Shown piece by piece: positions 39,343 through 48,182 of a stretch of DNA of 64,000 nt (positions within the stretch are counted from its first letter, which is position 1; each line of letters starts with the position of its first letter). The DNA lies in the IMG/VR virus record IMGVR_UViG_3300031949_000001, positions 32,001 through 96,000 of that record. The stretch is one strand, 5' to 3'. Both the position numbers and the translations under genes were made by a program. The notes below the pieces were generated by a model. It had not been told where the DNA came from. It ran no database searches and saw only the letters and a list, made by a program, of their open reading frames with translations. Source of the stretch: a virus (Duplodnaviria > Heunggongvirae > Uroviricota > Caudoviricetes).

Positions 39343-39637
39343 TTGGTTAGCCAGATGATCGCTGTGAGAGTAATCTCATAGAAGAAAGTCGGGACTGCAC
39401 TGGCACAGCTTAGGAGTTAATGGCTCCCCACGGTAACGTGAGTGACGGCAACAGAGACGAGTCCGCATAAATAACATTTATGTGGGGTGAAACGGGCGAC
39501 AGCGTAGGTGCAGCAACTATAGACAGGGGGTGTTGATAGTGCCAGGGAGCCTCCGGGTAATAGGCAAAGATTTTAATGGCGACATTGAAACGAGACGAAT
39601 GATCATCCTCGATAGAATCCCGCTTACGTCTAACCAA
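39343..39637 (+). ncRNA. rnpB: RNase P RNA (bacterial type, compact)
   Basis: P1 TTGGTTAG/CTAACCAA; GAAGAAAGTCGGGAC and ATAGAATCCCGCTTA form P4; ACAGAGA and GTGAAACG conserved segments. Confidence 0.9.
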
Positions 39638-40054
39638 AAGGATTTTAAATGAAACTAAGAGAATTAGAAGAAGCAAAAGACCAAATGGCTTTGATTGTCG
39701 ATTGGATAGCTCAGCGTATCGTTCGAGAAGCTCAACAAGAAGCAGCCGTTGCTCAAGAAGTTAAAGGTATCGCTGCTGATAGTGCTATGCTTCATAAAGA
39801 AGCAAAAATGAAGTTGAAAGATTTGATGGATCGGGTTGATACTGAGATATATCACCTTATCTTCAAATGAGAGAATGTTGGGTCTGCTCCGAGCCCATTT
39901 TTGAATGTATGGGATTTGTAGCAGCCGGTGATTTGAATGATTTTTTGGAAGGTAAACGAACGTCGGTTCGTGAAACTTGTGGTGGTTGTATTTTACGTTG
40001 TATGTATGCGGAAGAGATGGGTTTACCCCGACCATTTCCGTATCCAAATGAAAT

Positions 40055-40129
40055 GCCTTCTTAGTTAAATGGATATAACACAAAACTACGAATTTTGAAT
40101 TACGGGTTCGATTCCTGTAGAGGGTGCCA
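40055..40129 (+). tRNA. tRNA-Arg(ACG)
   Basis: CAAAA-CTACGAA-TTTTG; GCCA. Confidence 0.9.
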
Positions 40130-40186
40130 CTTTTAGTTGCTTTTCCGTCCTTTTTATGCTAGGCTAACTCCAAACAGGAGAAGTCT

Positions 40187-41230
40187 ATGCTTTTCAATAT
40201 CTGTCTTTTCGGCTACGGTCTAATTGGTCGCACAATCAACGCATATCTACGCGATCTTCATATCTACAATGTCGATGTCTTCGATAAAAATAAAGTCAAT
40301 TTAAACAAGAAAGGTAAGCCGATAAATCTTGATAATGCGGACGATGTAACCAAGCTACTTAGGGATTACGATGCGGTAATTGCTGCAACACCATATCAAG
40401 TAAACGAATTTATTGCTCATTGTGCTGGTGTTGCTGGTATACCATACTTCGATTTAACTGAAGATGTTGCCACCACAAAAGCCATCACAGCTATGCGAAT
40501 CGATTACGGTTCTACTTTCATTCCTCAATGTGGTCTAGCTCCAGGAGCTATTGGTATTATCACTCGTGACCTTATAAGAGGTTTCGAGGAAATCGATGAA
40601 ATCAAGATGCGGGTAGGAGCGCTTCCAATCACAACCAGCAACCAAATGAAGTATTATCTCTCATGGTCGTCTGAGGGTTTAGTGAATGAATATTATGAGC
40701 CGTGCCCAGCCATCATAAACGGGCGCTACGAGCTTTTAGACCCGCTGGAAGGTTACGAGACATTGTTGCTCGATGGCTGCGAATACGAGGCATTTAACAC
40801 GTCCGGAGGCATTGGTGAATGGGCTAATGATATTCGAATCGCTGGTCCAATTAAGAAGTTGACATACAAAACTATCCGTTACAAAGGACACCGCGATCAA
40901 ATTCTATTCCTGAAAGAAGACTTGGGTCTTTCTAAAGAGAGAATGACTGACATTTTCAATGCTCAGGTTCCGCACAATGAAAATGATGTAGTTCTGATCT
41001 TTTCCGAGGTTATCGGTAGAAACGATGGGACACGCATCCGCAAGAGCTATTTCAAAAAGATTTACGGTGATAAAGGTATTTCTGCTATTCAGAAGACAAC
41101 TGCTGCCGGCATCGTATCGGTGGTTCAGAATTTCTTTAGCTTAAGGAACTCAAAACGAGCCTTTGAATCCAATGAGGGATTGGATTACACGGATTTCATT
41201 ACAAACAAATACGGAGCAATCTTCGCCTAA
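40187..41230 (+). CDS. saccharopine dehydrogenase/lysine 6-dehydrogenase-family oxidoreductase
   Basis: GYGLIG Rossmann motif, YFDLTED, CGLAPG, WS.EGL.NEY, YKTIRYKGH. Confidence 0.85.
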   Translation: MLFNICLFGYGLIGRTINAYLRDLHIYNVDVFDKNKVNLNKKGKPINLDNADDVTKLLRDYDAVIAATPYQVNEFIAHCAGVAGIPYFDLTEDVATTKAITAMRIDYGSTFIPQCGLAPGAIGIITRDLIRGFEEIDEIKMRVGALPITTSNQMKYYLSWSSEGLVNEYYEPCPAIINGRYELLDPLEGYETLLLDGCEYEAFNTSGGIGEWANDIRIAGPIKKLTYKTIRYKGHRDQILFLKEDLGLSKERMTDIFNAQVPHNENDVVLIFSEVIGRNDGTRIRKSYFKKIYGDKGISAIQKTTAAGIVSVVQNFFSLRNSKRAFESNEGLDYTDFITNKYGAIFA

Positions 41231-41994
41231 TAAATAGCAATTGACAATTAAAGGAATCATATATGATAAATGTAGAGATTAAAAATAACAAAGTATTTTT
41301 GAATGGTGAAGCAACTATAATCGAGTGGACAGACAATATAAAAGAACTCGAAGTATTTCATGATATACAATTAAATGATGAAGTTGTTGAAATGTTTAAA
41401 TATGTGTTAACTGATTGTTCTTACACACCAGAAGAAAATGAAGCGATTTTAACGGCTATATCAGAATATTTTAAATCTAATAAATTATCGGATTTAGAAA
41501 AAGATAAAATCCGAGAAGCCATACAAAAAGAATTTGATAATTTAGTCATTCGAGATTGACAACAAACGAAACCCGTGATATATAATGAGATACCATTACA
41601 AAAATAGAACTGCTGCGCACGTCATGGAACAAATCATTGACGAAGCATGGACGCAATGGTCGCTTTATCCATCATTTACTCAACAAAGAGGTATGCCGAG
41701 TGATTGGAAAAAGCCGGGTATGTTGGTTACAAGACTATCTGAAGAAGATAGAAAGTTGTTGGTAGAATTAACAACTAAAAATATTGATCATCGAATTGAT
41801 TTTGCAAGACCGTATCAAGGCATTCCTAAGAAATTGGGATATAGAAGCCGATACACAAAGGGGTTGGAAGAGTTGGTTCCAATCGAGCATCGATGATCTA
41901 AGAGCTTTGAAGGTTGGACATAGGGTTGAACCTTCACTAAACTGACTTTAATTTATTAGGTATCCAGTCAGTATACCGTATAATAGGAGCAACA

Positions 41995-42882
41995 ATGATG
42001 TACGCAGATAAGTTTGCCGCCGCTATTAAGTGTGGTCGCGCCTTCCTTCGCGAGTTCAAGGATATCACCTATGTGCCATTCGGTTCCGAATACAGCATAT
42101 ACCTCAAAAACCTAAACAATGTTCGTGCCTTGGTTAGTATTACCATAGATGGCAAATCTGCCACTGATGGCGTTAACCTCATGCTACAGCCTAATAGTGA
42201 AGCTGTTCTTGAACGCTTTATTAAGAATGGCAACTTTAAAGAGGGAAATCGTTTCAAATTCATTGAACGCACGGCAGGGGTTGAAGCTCATCGCGGCATT
42301 GGTGCCGAAGATGGTTTGATTCGTATCGAATATTGGTTCGAAAAAGAGCAACCGAAGTATGATCCAAACTGGTACAAACCTAAGCCTTGGGTTCGTCGTA
42401 AACAAGACTGGTGGCTGGATAATAACGTTGAATATAGAGATGATGATGGTGGAGAAGTCTCTTGTTCTGGCGCTTCTGGTGCTATGGGCGATGATACTCT
42501 ACGATCTGTAGACCGTGGTATTTCTTCGACCGCCACATATTCAGCAAACAACATCCAGACCAAGAGTTTTGTTGCACAGAACCGGCTGATGAAAAGCGCT
42601 TCAATAAAGAAGTTCGTGGATACTGGTGAACAAAATGAAGTTGGTGTCACTGCTCCTGGTTCAGTTTCGAATCAGTCATTCCATGAAGCTTCTTGGTTCC
42701 CAACCGAAACACAAAGCCATGTTATTGTTCTTCGCCTGTTGGGTGAAACTGAAGAAGGTAGACGTGTTAGTAAGCCCGTTACAACAAGAATGAAATCGAA
42801 GTGCGTTTCTTGTGGTCATGTTAATAAAACAAGCAACAAGTGTTGTTCAGAATGTGGAACCTCTTTAATTATCATTATATAA
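41995..42882 (+). CDS. phage protein with C-terminal double zinc ribbon
   Basis: PFGSEYSI...; CVSCG and CSECG. Confidence 0.75.
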   Translation: MMYADKFAAAIKCGRAFLREFKDITYVPFGSEYSIYLKNLNNVRALVSITIDGKSATDGVNLMLQPNSEAVLERFIKNGNFKEGNRFKFIERTAGVEAHRGIGAEDGLIRIEYWFEKEQPKYDPNWYKPKPWVRRKQDWWLDNNVEYRDDDGGEVSCSGASGAMGDDTLRSVDRGISSTATYSANNIQTKSFVAQNRLMKSASIKKFVDTGEQNEVGVTAPGSVSNQSFHEASWFPTETQSHVIVLRLLGETEEGRRVSKPVTTRMKSKCVSCGHVNKTSNKCCSECGTSLIIII

Positions 42883-42895
42883 CTTACATTTGAGG

Positions 42896-42924
42896 TTGAC
42901 AAAAAGCATAAGGTGGGTTATAAT
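42896..42924 (+). promoter_or_regulatory. sigma70 promoter
   Basis: TTGACA-17 nt-TATAAT. Confidence 0.8.
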
Positions 42925-42963
42925 CCACCTTATGTCATTTAAAGTGGATTAAAGTGTGTTATA

Positions 42964-43371
42964 ATGGATGTTAAGCAAGTGATTTGCATGAGGAAAGACT
43001 TGAATATGAGAAAGGGCAAACAAGTTGCTCAGGGTGCTCACGCGTCCATGCTCGTTCTTTTGAATATGATGAATCAACATCATTCTGAAGACTTGGATAT
43101 GACAACCTTGACACTTAAAATCGATGATGGTAGTTCTTTAGCACGATGGTTGTTAACCGGGACGTTCAAAAAGATCGTGGTTTCGGTAGACAGTGAAGAG
43201 GAATTGCTTGACATTTATCAAAAAGCGTTGGATAATCTATTTCCCGCCGCATTAATTACAGATTCCGGATTAACAGAATTTGATGGTGTTCCGACGAAAA
43301 CATGCATAGCGATTGGACCGGCAATTTCCGAACGATTAGATAAGATTACGGGACATTTAAAGCTTTTATAA
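42964..43371 (+). CDS. pth2: peptidyl-tRNA hydrolase, Pth2 family
   Basis: KQVI.MRKDLNMRKGK.VAQGAHA, DSGLTEF, TCIAIGP, ITGHLKLL. Confidence 0.9.
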   Translation: MDVKQVICMRKDLNMRKGKQVAQGAHASMLVLLNMMNQHHSEDLDMTTLTLKIDDGSSLARWLLTGTFKKIVVSVDSEEELLDIYQKALDNLFPAALITDSGLTEFDGVPTKTCIAIGPAISERLDKITGHLKLL

Positions 43372-43382
43372 ATAGTATTCTT

Positions 43383-43475
43383 GGAAGGTAAACCAGTCAG
43401 GGATTGGACTTGTTTGCTAAACAATGGGAGCCGCTATAAACGCGGCTTGAGTTTCAAGTACTCTGCCTTCCGCCA
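43383..43475 (+). tRNA. tRNA-Ser(GCT)
   Basis: TTGT-TTGCTAA-ACAA; long V-arm; GCCA. Confidence 0.9.
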
Positions 43476-43506
43476 GCACATAAAACATAATATATAGGAG
43501 ATCATC

Positions 43507-44184
43507 ATGTTTTTCAAGAAACTTATTCTTGCGATTAGTATTTTCGTATTCACTGCTTCCACATTCGCTGGTATTCCAGGTTACGTAACCGATTCAAATG
43601 GTAAGCTCGTCCGTGATACAATCAATCATCATTGCGTCAAGACTGGCACTTGGGAACTCAAGAACCTGATTCCTGAGTGTGATACAACCCGGCGTGCCGA
43701 AGTTATACTGGGTATCATTGCACCACAACCAAAGGCTCAAGAAGAAGTAGTCGTTGTTACGAAGCCTCTCGCGCAACCAGTAGTAATTGTGTCTGAGCCA
43801 CTTGTTCTAGAAAAATCTGTTGCTCTTGTTCTTAACGCAGCCGTTTTGTTCGATTTCGATAAGTCAACACTCACCGTTGTAGGAAAAGATGCATTGAATT
43901 CCGTTGTCGAGGCTCTAAAGACCGCTGAATACAAGACTATCAATCTTGATGGCTACACAGACCGAATTGGTACCGTACAGTATAATTTGAAGCTATCACA
44001 AAAGCGTTCTAATGCGGTTAAGGCGTATTTGGTCGCCAACGGTATTGATGCTGCCAAGATCAAGTCAAATGGTCATGGAAAGACAAAGTTTCGCACAACA
44101 AGCACCGATTGTAAGAATTTGAAGGGTGCTAAGTTGAAGGCTTGTTATAGTAACGACCGTAGAGTAGAGTTGACTTTGGAGTAA
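43507..44184 (+). CDS. OmpA-family peptidoglycan-binding protein
   Basis: LFDFDKS, GYTDRIG, YNLKLSQKR, DRRVE. Confidence 0.9.
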   Translation: MFFKKLILAISIFVFTASTFAGIPGYVTDSNGKLVRDTINHHCVKTGTWELKNLIPECDTTRRAEVILGIIAPQPKAQEEVVVVTKPLAQPVVIVSEPLVLEKSVALVLNAAVLFDFDKSTLTVVGKDALNSVVEALKTAEYKTINLDGYTDRIGTVQYNLKLSQKRSNAVKAYLVANGIDAAKIKSNGHGKTKFRTTSTDCKNLKGAKLKACYSNDRRVELTLE

Positions 44185-44472
44185 ATTTACGCTACAATGC
44201 GTCTCTACATATTGGAGAGAGAAAATGGCAGTCGCAAAGCATGGATCGGGAAAGAAAGTCCCACAAAAAGTGCGTAAGCTTGGAGAAAAGCTTGTCAAGA
44301 TGGTTCTTTACAATGGTAAAGCTATCGGACATGGCAAATACTTTACTGGTGAAGTTGATGGACAACTCGTGTCAGATGCTAATGGTAAGCCTGTGCCGCT
44401 CCGTTCAATTGGAGAACTTGTTTGGGATATTCCTGTTAAGAAGTAAATAAATACTCCATATTTGGAGTGTTT

Positions 44473-44748
44473 ATGAAGATTACGGATTTGTTCGAACGAG
44501 AGAAAGACATAAGTAAGCTTGGTTGTGGTCCTCGTCGCAAACAGTTGATAGGAGCGATTGCTCAATCAACTCACGAACCGTCGTTGCTAAAAAATCCGAA
44601 TTATATCATGACAATTGCTAAATCGTTTCTATCCAATCCTCCGTATTCTGATTGGTCAGAAAGAGAGCAGCGTAGAATGCTCGCTGATATAATGGATGCG
44701 TTCGGTATGATGCCACCAGATCAAAACACGGCAGTTTTCAAACGTTAA
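44473..44748 (+). CDS. late protein, putative head-internal
   Basis: ATAAATA upstream; MKITDLFE N-terminus. Confidence 0.55.
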   Translation: MKITDLFEREKDISKLGCGPRRKQLIGAIAQSTHEPSLLKNPNYIMTIAKSFLSNPPYSDWSEREQRRMLADIMDAFGMMPPDQNTAVFKR

Positions 44749-44757
44749 TAATTTAAT

Positions 44758-44834
44758 ACCCTTGTAGCTCAAATGGATAGAGCACTGCGATCCTAACGCA
44801 GCGGCTGGAGGTTCAAGTCCTCTCAAGGGTGCCA
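44758..44834 (+). tRNA. tRNA-Arg(CCT)
   Basis: CTGCG-ATCCTAA-CGCAG; GCCA. Confidence 0.9.
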
Positions 44835-44850
44835 ACCTTTGGAGGTATCT

Positions 44851-45204
44851 ATGCTTAAAACTATATTATTCTCCTTGTTATTTGCCGCTAGTATCGCTAT
44901 TGCAGCAGACAAAAACGAAGACTTTTACGTCAACGATTGTGATTCATACGGTCAGTTGGCATATTCGACAACGTACCTTCGTCACCATCCTGTGATGTTT
45001 GAAGATGGTGTTAAGCGTATAATGACAAGAAACGAATTTGTTATTCGTTTCAAAGCATATATGGAAAAGAGCAAGATAGATGAAAAAGAAACAAATCGTC
45101 TATTGACAGATATGTTGGAAATATGGGATAATGAAGCAAGTGATGACCCGGTTGATTTATACATCGAGAACAAAGCAAAGTGTGAGAAATCAGGAAGGCA
45201 ATAA
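44851..45204 (+). CDS. secreted two-Cys protein (paralog family)
   Basis: signal peptide; C...R...C pattern. Confidence 0.6.
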   Translation: MLKTILFSLLFAASIAIAADKNEDFYVNDCDSYGQLAYSTTYLRHHPVMFEDGVKRIMTRNEFVIRFKAYMEKSKIDEKETNRLLTDMLEIWDNEASDDPVDLYIENKAKCEKSGRQ

Positions 45205-45656
45205 ATTAAACACTTAATGTGAGAAGATAAAGAAATGAGCGCATTAGAGCAAGCAAGGGCTGTGAAGAAGGAAAAAGAAGACAAAGCCGCTGAGAGAAAG
45301 AGAAAGGACGAAGAAGCATCAACCCGAGCAGCGAAAGTTAAGAAAGATATTGAAAAAGTTATTAGAACTACTTTTAAAGAATTTGATGGGGTTTCTGGAA
45401 TAGTTCTAAAAACCAAGGATCTGTATCCTTTCAATATCGTTGAATTGGAAAAGAATGGGCATTTTATTGCTGGTGCTCATGCGGGTTATGGTGAATGGGA
45501 CAACCCAAACTACGATTATAGAGTAACTGAAGGTTGTACTGGAGTTTATTGGGTAGTAGGAGAAATCAAAAATCGCGGTGAACAATTTTCTTCGGATGTT
45601 GATTGGTTCGTAAAGGAATTTGGAAACGCGATGGCGAAACATATATAAGTAACGTT

Positions 45657-45731
45657 GGTGATTTGGTGAACTGGCTATCACGCGACGCTCATAACGTTGA
45701 GTAAACGGATCGTAACCGTTAATCACTACCA
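45657..45731 (+). tRNA. tRNA-Met(CAT)
   Basis: CGACG-CTCATAA-CGTTG; ACCA. Confidence 0.8.
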
Positions 45732-46006
45732 ATAAGGAGGAGAATATGTTTAGTTTAAGTGATGAACAATGGAAGAAGTTACATGAATGGCATTCACAAA
45801 TTTTGGAAGAAGTGGCTACTGGACAATGGGAAAATTTAGATATTAGGCAGCATATGATAGACTCAAAAACGCCATATGGCGGTGCAGTCGGTGGTACATT
45901 AACTTACATGTTTACACCTACAAACCTTGGAACAGTCGTGAAAGTTGAAGACGGTTTTACTGGCGAAAAAATCGATTTGACAGACTACGAAGATTGGTAA
46001 TATAAT

Positions 46007-46082
46007 GCTTCCGTAATTTAATTGGCTAAAATGATCGCCCGATTAGCGATTTTTGTTGGTTCGAATCCAGCCGGAAGTACCA
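46007..46082 (+). tRNA. tRNA-Ile(GAT), C33/U37 variant
   Basis: ATCGC-CCGATTA-GCGAT; ACCA. Confidence 0.75.
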
Positions 46083-46097
46083 ATAGGAGATTTTGAA

Positions 46098-46541
46098 GTG
46101 AAGTGGGTTAAGGTAAATGGACGTATAATGTACGATCCAAAGCGTGAGGACTTGCGCAAAGAAGAGCGCAATACTCCGTGGTGGGTTATCGCGCAGCTTA
46201 CTGGACGCGACCTAGAGGATTTCAGCGATTATTATCGCTGGATTTTGCGTATGCGTGGTATTGGTATGATTCAGATGCCAGCGTGGAAACCACACGTTAC
46301 GATTCTTGACGGACGTTATCCTGTAGCAGATTCGTACCTACCAGCGTGGAAGAAGCACGACGGAGAACTCATTCAGTTCGAATACTGTGTTGAAGAGTTG
46401 TACAAACAATGGAAGTTTTGGGTACTACCGGTTCGATGTGTGTACTTTGATGAAATTCGTAAAGAGTTGGGTTTCTATAAGACGTACCCGTATCACATTA
46501 CTGTTGGGCGAGAATATGAACTCCCGAAAAAAGAGGAGTGA
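46098..46541 (+). CDS. 2H phosphoesterase
   Basis: two HxT motifs (PHVT, YHIT); AGGAG RBS before GTG. Confidence 0.7.
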   Translation: MKWVKVNGRIMYDPKREDLRKEERNTPWWVIAQLTGRDLEDFSDYYRWILRMRGIGMIQMPAWKPHVTILDGRYPVADSYLPAWKKHDGELIQFEYCVEELYKQWKFWVLPVRCVYFDEIRKELGFYKTYPYHITVGREYELPKKEE

Positions 46542-46564
46542 GAGAAATCTCACTCCTCTTTTTT
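46527..46564 (+). terminator. intrinsic terminator (bidirectional-type)
   Basis: AAAAAAGAGGAGTGAGA-GAAA-TCTCACTCCTCTTTTTT. Confidence 0.85.
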
Positions 46565-47343
46565 AATTTAAAGGACAAATTATGAAAGAAGATGAAATGG
46601 AAATTATAGTCGCCGTTGTTAAATGGATCAAAACCGCTCGCGAAGCTCGTGAGAATATCGCTTGGCTTCCTATGGCTACGGATGTTGTTCACAGCGCTTT
46701 ACTAAAGCGAATTATGGATGGGGGTGAACCTCTCCCCTATGCACCACCCATAGCGTTTTCGTATCCTTGGTATGATCTATATGACAAGCCGACCGAAGAC
46801 CATTTAGCTGTTGAGGTTCATATACGAAATCAATTTGAAATTGTTATCAATCACGTTGTTTGGAAGGCGCATGAAGAGGAGAAGGATATGCATTACACTG
46901 TGATGTACGGCAATAATCCTGATATTTTCGATCTTAAATTGAAACCATATATAAAGCAGGTATTTCTAAGGAGTACCAAAACAATGGTTGACGTTCCTGG
47001 AGAGGGTTGGTTTATAAAGAAACGATGAACTAAAACAAGAACATTTAAAAGGGATGGTTCTTGCTATCCCTTTTTTATTGGTGTATAATAAACGAGATTT
47101 AACAAATAGGAAGTATGATGGAATCAGTAAAACATACCGGACGTATGGTTTATACGGATGGACACGTCGAGTTTGACGCGAAGACGCTTGATGAATTCAT
47201 GGATTTGCTCTTGGAGCATTATCCAAAGCGCGTTGGAATGCAGTACGCAACGTTCAAATCTGGTTTGGATGGGAAGGAACTTTTTCATATCACACATGAA
47301 GAATTGTTCGGAATGCGACGTGAACAAATGAAGGAAATAAGAG

Positions 47344-48174
47344 ATGACTAACGACCAGTTCGGCGATAGAATGAAAGAGTATGAAAACGTTGAGTCTAGC
47401 CGCAAGGCTATGCCAGGATTGCCCGTATTGGCTCGTCTAGATGGTCGAGCATTTCATACCTTCACAAAAGGAATGAATCGTCCATACGATATCGATATGT
47501 CAGAAGCGATGATCGAAACCACCAAGTTTTTGGTGGAAAAAACACATGCCGATCTTGGATATACACAAAGCGACGAAATCACTTTGTTCTGGTATGGAGC
47601 AACCGATGAATCAGAATTTTTGTTTGATGGACGCTTTCAAAAACTGACTTCGGTTTTAGCTGGTATGGCATCGGCACAATTCATGAAATTTATGATCACG
47701 ACCTCGCGCTACGCTGACCGCGCAATTAAGCTGACGCCCTCGTTTGATTGTCGTGTTTGGCAAGTTTCAAACCTGGATGTTGCTGCCGATGTTTTTGCAT
47801 GGCGGGTTGGCGATGCTATCAAAAATAGTATCTCGATGGCGGCGCAGGCGCATTTCAGTCATAAAGAACTACAGAACAAAAACAGCGTGACCAAAAAACA
47901 AATGCTTTTGGTAAAAGGTGTTGTTTGGGAACACTATCCACCATTTTTTACACAAGGAACTTTGGTAGCTCGAACTACAAGAGAAGTGATACTTACCCCG
48001 ATGGAATTGGATAAAATTCCAATGAAACATCGTCCAACTGGTCCTGTGATTCGTACTATTGTGTCAGAGCTTCCAGAATTCGCACCATTGGGTCGTGTAA
48101 CGAACCGTGCTGGTTATTTGTTCGGAGGAGAAGAAGCTGTTGTGAAACCGCTTCTAGATGGATTTGATGAATAG
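47344..48174 (+). CDS. tRNA-His guanylyltransferase Thg1-like protein
   Basis: RMKEYE, RLDGRAFHTFT, YTQSDEI, GRFQKL, FDCRV. Confidence 0.9.
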   Translation: MTNDQFGDRMKEYENVESSRKAMPGLPVLARLDGRAFHTFTKGMNRPYDIDMSEAMIETTKFLVEKTHADLGYTQSDEITLFWYGATDESEFLFDGRFQKLTSVLAGMASAQFMKFMITTSRYADRAIKLTPSFDCRVWQVSNLDVAADVFAWRVGDAIKNSISMAAQAHFSHKELQNKNSVTKKQMLLVKGVVWEHYPPFFTQGTLVARTTREVILTPMELDKIPMKHRPTGPVIRTIVSELPEFAPLGRVTNRAGYLFGGEEAVVKPLLDGFDE

Positions 48175-48182
48175 AGGTTATC

